Shown: positions 1 to 8,940, numbered from the stretch's first letter. The stretch is DNA of 32,000 nucleotides from Synechocystis sp. PCC 6803 substr. PCC-P (GCF_000284455.1 NC_017039.1:1380001-1412000), one strand, 5' to 3'. Notes: generated by a model not told the origin, from the sequence alone. Program-made: numbers and translations.

Positions 1-917
1 GGGGGAGTGCCTTGCATTGCCAAAATTTCATAGGCTTGCAGAGTAGTTTCTTTTTCTTTGAGGATGATTTGATTGCCGACCCTTGCCTGGTTCTTAATTA
101 CCTGATAAACATCTTGGGAAACTAATAGTTGTGTTCCTTTTAGTTTGTTTGCTGATTCGAGAAGATTGACAATGGCGGCCACCTCACCTAGGGGCGTTAA
201 TAGGGTAGATTGCGCCGCCACCAATGGAACAAAAACAACACTTCCAGAATGAATCCCCATACTTAAATTCAAGGGGCGATAGCGCATTTGATTTAATAAG
301 GTATTTAATTCTTGAACTGATTTAAACATTTCCAAGGCTGCCCAAGTTGCCCTTTCTGCAGCAGAAACATCAAACTCCTTGAGACCAAAAGCAACCAACA
401 TTTTTCGTCCCATGACGTTGGAAATTGTCCCTCCATATTTTTCAATAATTTTTTGCATTTGACTGAAATAGCGTCCCATAACATAGACAATATCGTAGGG
501 AAAATTAACTTCATCAAAATTAGTTGCCCCACGAATATTAGCCATTAATAGGGCAACATTGCGCTCGGTATTGATTGCCCCCGTAGTTAATTGATGATCA
601 ATTAAATCTATATCGCCCTCATCCAACACTAAACGACGGATAGTTGCTGAATTTGATAGTTTTGTTTGACACGCTAGACGGACGTGAAAGGGAAAATCTA
701 ATTTTTTAGCAAGGGCTTGTTCGATACTGGTAGGAGGACTACAATTTTTTATACCATCTAGAACCATAATGCGGCAGGTTGAGCAATTGGCTTTCCCGCC
801 GCACACACTTATGTGGGCAATATCACCCTTTAAAAGGGCATCCAAAATAGTCTCGTTTGAGTCAATTTCCAGTAATCGATTGTCGGGCAAACAGATAAGA
901 GTCGGCACTTTATTCAC
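1..917 (-). CDS. 2Fe-2S ferredoxin domain fused to class III adenylate/guanylate cyclase domain; C-terminus runs off the left edge
   Basis: Hand translation of the minus strand is open from about 917 to position 1. It reads VPTLICLPDNRLLEIDSNETILDALLKGDIAHISVCGGKANCSTCRIMVLDG...FHVRLACQTKL (ferredoxin CxGxxxCxxC...C pattern), then NVALLMANIRGATNFDEVNFPYDIVYVMGRYFSQMQKIIEKYGGTISNVMGRKMLVAFG...LNLSMGIHSGSVV...TPLGEVAAIVNLLESANK (cyclase fold). Candidate GTG starts at 915-917 or 906-908. Absent from the ORF track, probably because no stop lies inside the window. Confidence 0.85.
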   Translation of the reverse strand, partial: MNKVPTLICLPDNRLLEIDSNETILDALLKGDIAHISVCGGKANCSTCRIMVLDGIKNCSPPTSIEQALAKKLDFPFHVRLACQTKLSNSATIRRLVLDEGDIDLIDHQLTTGAINTERNVALLMANIRGATNFDEVNFPYDIVYVMGRYFSQMQKIIEKYGGTISNVMGRKMLVAFGLKEFDVSAAERATWAALEMFKSVQELNTLLNQMRYRPLNLSMGIHSGSVVFVPLVAAQSTLLTPLGEVAAIVNLLESANKLKGTQLLVSQDVYQVIKNQARVGNQIILKEKETTLQAYEILAMQGTP

Positions 918-1112
918 GTTTAAATCTCTTAAATTTCCAGCAAGTCAGTGCTTTTTAATTACTTAAGTTAACTTATTAATCGCGTTTTGCTAATCAATCA
1001 GTTAGGTTAATTAATAGGCATTGCAGATCGAAGAAATAAAAACAAAATTGGTTATAAGTTTTGCTGGTTATATCCTAATTTTGCAACGCCTAAGATTAAA
1101 TTATTACTAATC

Positions 1113-1595
1113 TTAACCTTGCTCTTTCAAGCGAACCATTGCCGAACCAATGGGAATATCTCCATCGACACCCTCTAGCTTAGTGGTGACACGATAAAGA
1201 ACCCGTCCCCCCATTCGTGACATATCAATCCCCGATAATTGCAGTCTTACATAAGTATTAGCCTCAACCGGTTGGTTAAAGTCGATGGTTACTCCCCCAG
1301 GGGACACTTTTGTAGTGGTGGGAATTTCCTTGCCATTAGGATCAAAAGCTTTGACATCAATGGAACGCCCCATGTCAATGGGTAAACTAATGGTGGCCGA
1401 TTCTAAGGAAAATCCGGTAACGGCTAGGGTGATGTAGTGCATATTGCCGGCGGCTCCCACAAAACCAGAATCCGTGACAAAGGGAGTGGTAAAACGCATT
1501 ACCATTTGGGCTTGGGCTGGGAAATTAGCCAAGGGCAACAGAGCTACAGAAATAGCTAAAGCAGACAAAGAACTAACAAGGGGACGAATATTCAT
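1113..1595 (-). CDS. Secreted DUF2808-like cyanobacterial protein
   Basis: Intact 160-aa ORF with a signal peptide (MNIRPLVSSLSALAISVALLPLANFPAQAQ) and a DUF2808-like body ending IPIGSAMVRLKE. Confidence 0.75.
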   Translation of the reverse strand: MNIRPLVSSLSALAISVALLPLANFPAQAQMVMRFTTPFVTDSGFVGAAGNMHYITLAVTGFSLESATISLPIDMGRSIDVKAFDPNGKEIPTTTKVSPGGVTIDFNQPVEANTYVRLQLSGIDMSRMGGRVLYRVTTKLEGVDGDIPIGSAMVRLKEQG

Positions 1596-1629
1596 AGCGT
1601 TAAATTCCTTAAATTAGGAAAAAAATTAG

Positions 1630-2286
1630 TCAATTGCCAACAAAAAGAGACAGTAAAATGGCAATGGCATCCTCAGGTTCGTAGCGAACACGAAAGTCCA
1701 CATTGGCGTAAGCTAGGGCGATATGGCCGCGGCGATCAATTACAAATGTGGCCGGCACGGGTAATAACCATTCTTCGGTGCCATTGTGCTCAGGAATAAC
1801 ACAGCCTGATTGTAAATAAATTTGCTTAACAGCATCGGGAACGGTAAAAACTAATCCATAATCCTGAGCTGTTTGAAAACCACTGTCGCTGAGGAGATCG
1901 TAAGTCAAATCATGACGATCAATGGTTTTTTGAGAAGCAACTAGAGTTTGGGGAGAAATAGCCAGAATTGTCCCTCCCAATGCCCTAATTTTATTAACAA
2001 CCTTTTGATAAGCGCGCAATTCTAAACCACAATAGGGACACCAGTAACCTCGAAAAAACTTAAGTAATATGGGACCAGTCTTTAATTGTTCGGAGAGAAT
2101 GATCGTTTCTCCTTTGGTATTCTTCAGGGTAAAGTCTGGGGCAAAATCTCCTATTCTTAATAGTCTTCGATTTCTAAATTCCTCACTCAGACCTTGAATA
2201 AAATCAGAAAAAATAGCAGCTCTTTCAGGTGAAGACCTTTTCAAAGATTCTTGCTGGAACTTGTATAATTCAATTTGTAAATTCAC
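1630..2286 (-). CDS. Peroxiredoxin-like (AhpC/TSA, alkyl hydroperoxide reductase family) protein
   Basis: GDFAPDFTLKNTKGETIILSEQLKTGPILLKFFRGYWCPYCGLELRAYQKV resembles a thioredoxin-fold peroxiredoxin active site (WCPYC). Confidence 0.85.
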   Translation of the reverse strand: MNLQIELYKFQQESLKRSSPERAAIFSDFIQGLSEEFRNRRLLRIGDFAPDFTLKNTKGETIILSEQLKTGPILLKFFRGYWCPYCGLELRAYQKVVNKIRALGGTILAISPQTLVASQKTIDRHDLTYDLLSDSGFQTAQDYGLVFTVPDAVKQIYLQSGCVIPEHNGTEEWLLPVPATFVIDRRGHIALAYANVDFRVRYEPEDAIAILLSLFVGN

Positions 2287-2365
2287 AATCTTTCCGGAGA
2301 TAGCTGGAGGCTATAACCCATCATATCCCCTAAAGATTGCCCTAATTGAACAAATTCCCGGAGAT

Positions 2366-2743
2366 CTACTTGACTTCACTGGCGGGAAACATGGCGACCC
2401 GGCCTCCTTTTACTGCCACAACTACGTCGTAGGTTGCACAATAGGAAAAGGTAACATCGTTCTTTTTACTGTACAGATTGACAACCATTCCAGCGCCCCC
2501 CGGTTGCACTCCTAATGGTTCTAGATCACCGTAAAAAAATCGCCTCAATTGGTCTCCACTGCCTGTTTTTCCTTTACTGGCGATAATAAGTTCGATCTGT
2601 TCTTGGCTTGCCGAAGGGGGAGCGGCGATCGCCGTACTTTGAGTTTGGGGTAGAAAACTGTGAAGGGCGACATCTCCTAGGCCAATCATGCCAGCCAGAA
2701 TAAGGGGGGTTAGCAAAGAACTAACGGTTTTTAGTCTTAACAT
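2366..2743 (-). CDS. Hypothetical exported protein
   Basis: ORF 2366..2962 trimmed to the likely internal start MLRLKTVSSLLTPLILAGMIGL, which gives a signal-like N-terminus. No family recognised. Confidence 0.55.
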   Translation of the reverse strand: MLRLKTVSSLLTPLILAGMIGLGDVALHSFLPQTQSTAIAAPPSASQEQIELIIASKGKTGSGDQLRRFFYGDLEPLGVQPGGAGMVVNLYSKKNDVTFSYCATYDVVVAVKGGRVAMFPASEVK

Positions 2744-2854
2744 CGAGTTTTTAGGAATGGGAATTATTGATTGAGATATCATTGCCTGTTTTTTTTTCGA
2801 TGGGAAGCCGGCAAAATAGAATATGCCATATGCCAGATTGGAATAGGTATTGCG

Positions 2855-3763
2855 ATGGATCGTCTTGCTTGTATGCAGAGCTTTGTTCGAGCAATTGAAA
2901 TGAATAGCTTTTCCGCCGCCGCGAGGGAGCAACAAACAACTCAACCAACTATCAGTAAACAAATTGCCGCCTTGGAAAAATATCTGGGGGTACGGTTAAT
3001 CACTCGCTCCACTACCAAACTAAATTTGACAGAGGAAGGGAAACAATATTATCAATACTGTCAACAAATTTTAGAAACAGTTGCTGAAGCTGAAGCAAGT
3101 TTAGAAGGTAAAGAAAAAGCCGTTGGCACCTTACGGCTGGGTTGTTCAGTCCTATTCGGCGAAATGCAAATTGTGCCCCGCTTAAGTCTGTTTATCGCCC
3201 GTTATCCCCAGGTCAAAATAGATTTAATGATGGCCGACTATTTTGTTGATATGGTGCAGGAAGGACTAGATCTTGCTATTCGTATTGGAAATCATCAAGA
3301 TAAGGCTCTAATTAGTGAAAGAATTGGTATTACTCGTCGTGTAACAGTCGCCAGTACCAGTTATTTTGAAAAATCAGGAGAACCGAAAACACCAGAGGAA
3401 TTGACCAGACACAACTGTATTGTATACACATCCTTGTCCACCATTAATGAATGGCATTTTCATGGAAAAAATGGAGTCATTGCAATCAATGTTAAAGGTA
3501 GTTTTCAAACCAATAGCTCCGTTGCTGTGCGAGCCGCAGTTTTATCAGATTTAGGCATTGCAATTGCTCCCATCTGGATGTTTGGTGACGATATTTACCA
3601 GGGGAATCTTAAAGTTGTTTTACAGGATTATCAACCCGTCCCTTTTCCCATTTATGCGGTCTATCGTCGCAGTCGCTTTTATCCTGCCAAAGTTCATTGC
3701 TTTATTGATTTTTTGCGGGAAGAATTTAAGCTAGATCCCTGGGTTTCTGATTATGGTGTTTAG
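2855..3763 (+). CDS. LysR-family transcriptional regulator
   Basis: N-terminal HTH MDRLACMQSFVRAIEMNSFSAAAREQQTTQPTISKQIAALEKYLGVRLITRST and LysR substrate-binding domain. The ORF starts at 2771; ATG at 2855 is the likely start. Confidence 0.92.
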   Translation: MDRLACMQSFVRAIEMNSFSAAAREQQTTQPTISKQIAALEKYLGVRLITRSTTKLNLTEEGKQYYQYCQQILETVAEAEASLEGKEKAVGTLRLGCSVLFGEMQIVPRLSLFIARYPQVKIDLMMADYFVDMVQEGLDLAIRIGNHQDKALISERIGITRRVTVASTSYFEKSGEPKTPEELTRHNCIVYTSLSTINEWHFHGKNGVIAINVKGSFQTNSSVAVRAAVLSDLGIAIAPIWMFGDDIYQGNLKVVLQDYQPVPFPIYAVYRRSRFYPAKVHCFIDFLREEFKLDPWVSDYGV

Positions 3764-4560
3764 AGCCCATTTATAAAGTCTTATAATGGATAGCAAGTAA
3801 GAGAAGAAAAAAAGGAAAACTAAGAGTAAGAGCAGAAGGAGACAAAGAGTATGAAAAGTCTGACAGCCTATGAAACAGACCTGAGCGATGCAGAATGGGC
3901 AATAGTTGAACCAATGATTCCTCCCGCAAAGCCCGGAGGACACCCACGAACCACAGATATGCGAGCGGTTTGTAATGGTATTTACTACCAACTAAAAACG
4001 GGTTGTCAATGGGCAGGGCAATGTTACCCCATGACTTTCCTCCTAGTAGCACGGTCTATAGCTATTATCGTAAATGGCAACGTCATGGCGTGTGGGAAAG
4101 GCTCAATCTAAGGCTGCTGGAGCAATGCCGCCTCTAGAGTGGCAAGAGCCTTCAACCTAGCGTAATAGCGGCAGATAGCCAATCGGTAAAAACCACCGAA
4201 AAAAGGGGGAAGTCTACGGTTTTGACGGAGGTAAGAAGGTGAAAGGGCGAAAGCGTCATCTAATCGTCGATAGTCTGGGCTTAGTCTTAAAAGTGATAGT
4301 GACCGAAGCAAATGCAAGTGAACGTATCGTCACAGCTTATGCTCTGATGAGTTTGCTTAAAGAAGGAACTCAACTCCTCGAGTCTGTCAAGAGCATGTTA
4401 GTAGACCAGGGTTATCGAGGTGATACCTTTGGGTTAGCCATCTGGCTCTTAACTCAAGCCAAAGTCCAGGTGATTAGTCGTTCAGGGAAGTCTTTTGAGG
4501 TCTTACCAAAAAGATGGATTGTCGATAGGACGTTCAGTTGGCAGCGCTTTTGTTGCCCCC
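3764..4560 (+). mobile_element. Degenerate IS5/IS4-type insertion sequence; transposase frameshifted and truncated at the 3' end
   Basis: MKSLTAYETDLSDAEWAIVEPMIPPAKPGGHPRTTDMRAVCNGIYYQLKTGCQW, then frame changes, then GKKVKGRKRHLIVDSLGLVLKVIVTEANASERIVTAYALMSL...VDRTFSW. The usual C-terminal region after VDRTFSW is replaced by unrelated sequence. The left end is probably GAGCCCATTTATAAAGTC beside 3763. The right end was not found. Confidence 0.85.
3851..4552 (+). pseudogene. IS5-family transposase remnant in at least three reading frames
   Basis: Homology-like segments lie in ORF 3851..4111, another frame around 4030..4210, and ORF 4239.. up to VDRTFSW. An in-frame TAG occurs in the middle segment (EQCRL*). 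Confidence 0.85.
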
Positions 4561-4775
4561 TCTGTCGAAGCGGTGACAATGGACAAAACTACACGGTGGA
4601 GACTTTTAAAGGAAGTTACAGTGACAATGAGAGCCTTTTAACAAGCCAACCTTGGTGGGGTAATAGTGATTTAGCATTTGGGGCTCTGAGTCAAGTAGAA
4701 GGAGAACTTGGTTTTCCTAATAACACCTTGGATGGAATAGCCGGGCCACTCTTCGCCTTTGACTTTTCTGCTTGA
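4561..4775 (+). pseudogene. Fragment of an unrelated gene fused to the IS remnant
   Basis: After VDRTFSW the same frame encodes NGQNYTVETFKGSYSDNESLLTSQPWWGNSDLAFGALSQVEGELGFPNNTLDGIAGPLFAFDFSA, which is not transposase-like. It resembles part of a secreted/PEP-CTERM-type protein from memory only. Confidence 0.4.
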
Positions 4776-4780
4776 GAGTC

Positions 4781-5197
4781 TCAAGAAAGTAATGAAAGGC
4801 GCCAGTTGCGTAATAGTTCTATGTTACCATTGACCCTGAATTTGGCAAATATTGCCATGGTGATATTAACCATGTGGGCTGACCTGGAGATAACTTTCGT
4901 GGGGCGATGAAATCTAGCAAGCCAATGGCGATTATCTGAGTTGTTTCTCTCAATTCCTACTGTTTCTCTTTTGCTAATCCCATGAAACGCATCAGGATGT
5001 TCATCCAGCAGTTGTTGATAGGGCCTCCAGTCATCGGTACAGGACACTGTCACTTTCCACTTTGCCAGTCTCTCCAGCAAACGACTCAGGGTTTGACTAT
5101 CACGATTTCCCAGTTCCCAGTCGATGAGTCTCCCAGTAACACGGTCATATGCCTTCCAGAGCCATAACTTGTTTTTTTGGCCTGAAGAAAATGCCAC
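4781..5197 (-). CDS. IS1-family transposase, InsB-like catalytic frame (relative -1 frame)
   Basis: Continues the homology after ELDELW: FSSGQKNKLWLWKAYDRVTGRLIDWELGNRD... with ISRSAHMVNITMAIFAKFRVNG. The listed ATG is probably not the real start; expression likely needs fusion with the upstream frame. Confidence 0.8.
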   Translation of the reverse strand: MAFSSGQKNKLWLWKAYDRVTGRLIDWELGNRDSQTLSRLLERLAKWKVTVSCTDDWRPYQQLLDEHPDAFHGISKRETVGIERNNSDNRHWLARFHRPTKVISRSAHMVNITMAIFAKFRVNGNIELLRNWRLSLLS

Positions 5198-5511
5198 AGT
5201 TCGTCTAATTCCACTACGATCGCTGAGTCTGGAGCCGGTTTCTCGTAGTTTGCTTCGCCAAAATCCCTAATCCAGTTGAGCAGTGACTGAGTGGAAACTC
5301 CCAAGAGTTTTGCTGTGGCATTCATTGACATACCACCCATGTACAATAAGACCGCTTCTAGTTTCATCCAGAGAAGTTTACCCCGTTCCTTGGAGAGATT
5401 GGTAAATTTATATTGGCACCTCTTACATTTGAATCGTTGCTTCCCCTTGACAAAGCCATTTTTGACGACATTCCCATGACCACATTGAGGACAGTGACAG
5501 TGTGTAGACAT
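5086..5511 (-). CDS. IS1-family transposase, InsA-like N-terminal frame
   Basis: CxxC zinc motifs and helix-turn-helix SMNATAKLLGVSTQSLLNWIRDFG, then ELDELWHF. Confidence 0.85.
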   Translation of the reverse strand: MSTHCHCPQCGHGNVVKNGFVKGKQRFKCKRCQYKFTNLSKERGKLLWMKLEAVLLYMGGMSMNATAKLLGVSTQSLLNWIRDFGEANYEKPAPDSAIVVELDELWHFLQAKKTSYGSGRHMTVLLGDSSTGNWEIVIVKP

Positions 5512-5604
5512 CTTTGCAAAAGCTCATTACCCAATATTCCCTATCATCCTACGTCATTATCTATTTGAAATTCTCGAAAATTTTATTGCTGATTCTTGAC
5601 AGGA

Positions 5605-5946
5605 TTATTTTTCCTCTTCGCCTTCTTGGAAAGTCACACTAGGGGAAGCATCAAAAATGGCGTTCAACTTTTCCCTGGCATCGTCAACATTGACGGAGCG
5701 CATCACCAATAAGGGCTCACTGATGGGGCGACCCTGGTCATCGAACAACTCCGGGTGACTGCTCTGGCCAAAGCGACGGGAAAAACTGTTGGGTGGAGTG
5801 CGCTGGCTGCCCATGCTGACGGAAATTAAGCTCCGAATTAGGTTGCTAACAGCAAGGAAGGCAATCACGGTGAAGGCCAAAATATAAATAAGATGCAGCA
5901 CTGAAATTTTCCCCAATTGTTCAATGGCGACCCCGCTGAGCGCCAT
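5605..5946 (-). CDS. Hypothetical single-pass membrane protein
   Basis: 113 aa with a hydrophobic helix VLHLIYILAFTVIAFLAVSNLI and a polar C-terminus. Confidence 0.65.
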   Translation of the reverse strand: MALSGVAIEQLGKISVLHLIYILAFTVIAFLAVSNLIRSLISVSMGSQRTPPNSFSRRFGQSSHPELFDDQGRPISEPLLVMRSVNVDDAREKLNAIFDASPSVTFQEGEEEK

Positions 5947-6066
5947 GGTAGAAAAATTTTTTCAGCATGGAACCGGGCAGGAAAAATTTAGGAACGATCG
6001 CCTGAGTCTTGTTCTAGCTTAACAAGATTTTCCGCCGTTGACAGGAATTATCTAGGTCCAGGAGGT

Positions 6067-7323
6067 CTATTGGGGAGTGGCGTAGAGGTCCCTACTGCGG
6101 CCAATGCAAAACCTGAGGGAACGGCCGATGGTGGGGTTGGAAAAAATGCCAAAAACCATGATTGCCGCCAGGGCTAATCCGCCGCTGAGCCAAAATACAT
6201 GGCGGTAACCAAATATCTCGTTCAGTACGCCCATAATGGGAGCGGCAATGGCAATGCCTCCATCAAAACCGCTCATGCACACGGAGAAAACCCTTCCCCT
6301 TTCCTCCAGGGAGGAACGATCGGAAATTAGGGCGATGGTGGTGGGTAATAAAATGCCACTACCTGCTCCTTCGAGGGCGGCTGCGGTCAATAATTCCCAA
6401 GAGTTATCCGCTTGGGCAAGGCACACCATAGACAGCAAATAGCAAATCAGGCTACCGACAATGAATAGCCCCCGACCATAGGTATCCGCCAAGGAACCAA
6501 GGAAGAGGCGGGGCACAAAACTGGCGATCGCCGCCACACTGTAAAAAACTCCCGCATAGGTAGCTAGGTCAATTTCCCGCACAAACAGGGGCAAAAAAGT
6601 GGCCAAGTTACCGAACAAAAGCCCAATCAGCAGTAACACCAAGGTGGGTACGGCCATGGAGCGACTGGTGAGGAGTTTGCCGATGGAACGGGGTCGGGGG
6701 CGATCGCCGAAAACATCCTCTGCTGACGATTGATCTGGGGGACGGTTTTCCCGCACCTGTAGGGCCAAAACCAGGGAAATAAAGCCCAACAGGGAAGAGG
6801 CAATGAATAGGAATTCGTAGCCAATGCTTTGGGAAATGTAAGCCCCCACAGCCGGCCCAAATCCCATACCAATAGGCACCGCTAAACTCATATAGCCAAT
6901 AATTTCCCCCCGTTGTTGGGGTGGGGATAAATCCACCACTAGGGAGTTATAGCCGGTGGTATAGGCAGCCAAGCAAATGCCGTGAAAAGCTCGAATGGCC
7001 ATTAAAGCTCCCACAGTGGCGGTGAGTAGGTATCCCAAGGGGGCCAGAGCCACAACCAATGCACCAATGACAATGGCAATTTTTCTCCCCCGGCGATCAA
7101 CCAACTGACCAATCCAAATTCTGGACCCCAACAGGCCAAGGGCGAAACTCCCCATAATCCAACCCACTTGTTGTTTCGTTGCTCCCACATCCTGGGCATA
7201 CATGGGCAGAGTGGGAAGAAGGGCAGTGAGGCTGAGCCAAAACATCAGCACTGAAGCAAACAACAGAGCAAAAGTTTTCTGGGTGGAGGGAGATAGTTGA
7301 CGGAGGGTCTGGAAAGAACTCAC
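6067..7323 (-). CDS. MFS transporter (putative efflux protein)
   Basis: 418-aa polytopic protein with MFS-like loop GSRIWIGQLVDRRGRK and repeated hydrophobic helices. Confidence 0.9.
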   Translation of the reverse strand: MSSFQTLRQLSPSTQKTFALLFASVLMFWLSLTALLPTLPMYAQDVGATKQQVGWIMGSFALGLLGSRIWIGQLVDRRGRKIAIVIGALVVALAPLGYLLTATVGALMAIRAFHGICLAAYTTGYNSLVVDLSPPQQRGEIIGYMSLAVPIGMGFGPAVGAYISQSIGYEFLFIASSLLGFISLVLALQVRENRPPDQSSAEDVFGDRPRPRSIGKLLTSRSMAVPTLVLLLIGLLFGNLATFLPLFVREIDLATYAGVFYSVAAIASFVPRLFLGSLADTYGRGLFIVGSLICYLLSMVCLAQADNSWELLTAAALEGAGSGILLPTTIALISDRSSLEERGRVFSVCMSGFDGGIAIAAPIMGVLNEIFGYRHVFWLSGGLALAAIMVFGIFSNPTIGRSLRFCIGRSRDLYATPQ

Positions 7324-7596
7324 GGAATAATCTGCTGGGGAGGAAATGAGGCAAAGGGCAACTGCTTAAGGTTTCTTTACAGTTTGCTTTTCCATGATAG
7401 ACCCAAAATTCCTTACCAGGGTGAGCGGGGCGTGGGGAAGCCAAATCGGTCTGCGATGGTGAAATTGAACATTTTGTAGATCAATCTGGGGAGGGTTGAC
7501 AGGGTTAACCCCCCACTCTCAACAGGCAATAACTTTCAGTTTTTTTCAAGGGATAACCACAAAAAAACAAGAATATTTCGACCAATTACTTGCCGG

Positions 7597-7637
7597 CTTA
7601 ATCTTTTCTTAATTCTATCTTAATTTCGACTTAATCA
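7597..7637 (+). promoter_or_regulatory. Candidate Pho box (SphR binding array) upstream of pstS
   Basis: CTTAAT occurs at 7597, 7608, 7619 and 7630, exactly every 11 bp, within CTTAATCTtttCTTAATTCtatCTTAATTTcgaCTTAATCA. Confidence 0.8.
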
Positions 7638-7938
7638 ACTGATTAACTCCCCTTAAAATAAGTCAAAAAACGGCTATGGTTAACCAAAAGTTAATCGACT
7701 TTTTTGGGAAATTATGCATTGAAAATAAAAAAAATTTCGTGTTTTAAATTAACAAAATGCAACTAATATTGTTAGCTAGAACGGACCAGTAAGGTTTCTG
7801 GCTTTATTGACAGCAAACGGCCCGTCTTACCCTAGGGTTTTGCCGTTTTTTTAGGTCGATAATTATGCCAATGGAAACCCCATCAGCGAACAAGGGCTGA
7901 CTGTTTCAACTGCACTACAATTTAGATTGCAAATTCCT

Positions 7939-8940
7939 ATGCTTAGTTCACTGCAAAAAGTTGCTACCTTCTCCGTAGTCAGCGTTATCGTCGGTTTTGG
8001 TGGCATTGGCCAGGCCATTGCCGGTACCCTCAATGGTGCGGGAGCGAGTTTTCCGGCCCCACTCTACCAACGTTATTTTGCTGAGTATAAAAAAGCTACC
8101 GGTAATACTGTCAATTACAACTCCGTCGGTAGTGGCGCTGGTATTCGTCAATTTATCGGTGAAACCGTTGATTTTGGTGCCACCGATGCTGTGCCCACTT
8201 CCGCCCAACGTCAACAGATGAAACGGGGTGTGGTTATGGTGCCCACCGCTGGTGGCGCTGTGGCGGTAGTTTACAATTTACCAGGCAAAAAAGTACAACT
8301 TTCTCGCATTGCCTTGGGTAAAATTTTCACCGGGGAACTAAAAACCTGGAACCAGGTGGATTCCAAACTGCCCAACACTCCCATTCGAGTTGTGGTACGG
8401 GCCGATGGTAGTGGCACCACGGATATTTTTACTAGCCACCTCAGCGCTATTAGTAGCACCTTTAGAAGCAAGATTGGTGCTAGCCAAGATCCCAACTGGG
8501 GTTTCCAAGTACTGAAAGGTCCGAAAAATGACGGGGTAGCGGCAACGGTTAAGCAAACCCCCGGGGCGATCGGTTATGTCCAGGACACCTTTGCCCGCCG
8601 TAACGAGGGTCCCAATCTGCAAACCGCCAAGGTACAAAATAAGGCCGGTCAGTATGTAGAACCCAGCTTGGCAGAGGCCAATAAAGCCATCAGTGGAGCC
8701 AAGTTTGACGCGAACTTTGTTGCTGAAATAAGTGATCCTGCCTCCGGTTATCCCATTGTGGGTTTGACCTGGTTGTTGGTGTATCAAAACAATAAAAATG
8801 CCAACGTTGCCAAGGACGTCAAAGCTTTGGTGCGCTGGATTTTGACCACTGGCCAAAACCATAATACCCAGTTGGAGTACACCAAAATTCCTCCCGCCGT
8901 TGCCCAACGGGTAATTGCAGCAGTTAACAAGATCAAATAA
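7939..8940 (+). CDS. pstS: Phosphate ABC transporter periplasmic phosphate-binding protein
   Basis: MLSSLQKVATFS... signal peptide, then LNGAGASFPAPLYQRYFAEYKK, NYNSVGSGAGIRQFI and VVRADGSGTTDIFTSHLS, all typical of PstS. ORF begins 7927; ATG at 7939. Confidence 0.95.
   Translation: MLSSLQKVATFSVVSVIVGFGGIGQAIAGTLNGAGASFPAPLYQRYFAEYKKATGNTVNYNSVGSGAGIRQFIGETVDFGATDAVPTSAQRQQMKRGVVMVPTAGGAVAVVYNLPGKKVQLSRIALGKIFTGELKTWNQVDSKLPNTPIRVVVRADGSGTTDIFTSHLSAISSTFRSKIGASQDPNWGFQVLKGPKNDGVAATVKQTPGAIGYVQDTFARRNEGPNLQTAKVQNKAGQYVEPSLAEANKAISGAKFDANFVAEISDPASGYPIVGLTWLLVYQNNKNANVAKDVKALVRWILTTGQNHNTQLEYTKIPPAVAQRVIAAVNKIK

Larger units (their letters stand above)
4781..5511 (-). mobile_element. IS1-family insertion sequence with two overlapping transposase frames
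   Basis: Upstream frame 5086..5511 carries the zinc-finger/HTH part (MSTHCHCPQCGHGNVVKNGFVKGKQRFKCKRCQYKF...). Downstream frame 4781..5197 carries the IS1 catalytic part (KNKLWLWKAYDRVTGRLIDWELGNRDSQTLSRLLERL...). Element ends could not be fixed, so the range is the ORF extent. Confidence 0.85.

Noticed and set aside
305-532. Minus-strand ORF of 75 aa
   Set aside because: Alternative frame inside the cyclase domain; the genuine frame is open across the whole region.
769-966. Plus-strand ORF of 65 aa
   Set aside because: Antisense to the ferredoxin domain of the 1..917 minus-strand gene, and not protein-like.
2261-2515. Plus-strand ORF overlapping the peroxiredoxin and hypothetical genes
   Set aside because: Antisense to two better-supported ORFs; no family features.
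3764-5540. A defence or mobile-cargo island between the IS remnants
   Set aside because: Only transposase pieces and one short gene fragment are present; there is no cargo gene.
7597-7637. CRISPR-like direct repeats
   Set aside because: The repeat unit is only 6-8 bp with 3-bp spacers, which fits a transcription-factor array and not a CRISPR. No cas genes or 20-50 bp repeats were seen anywhere.
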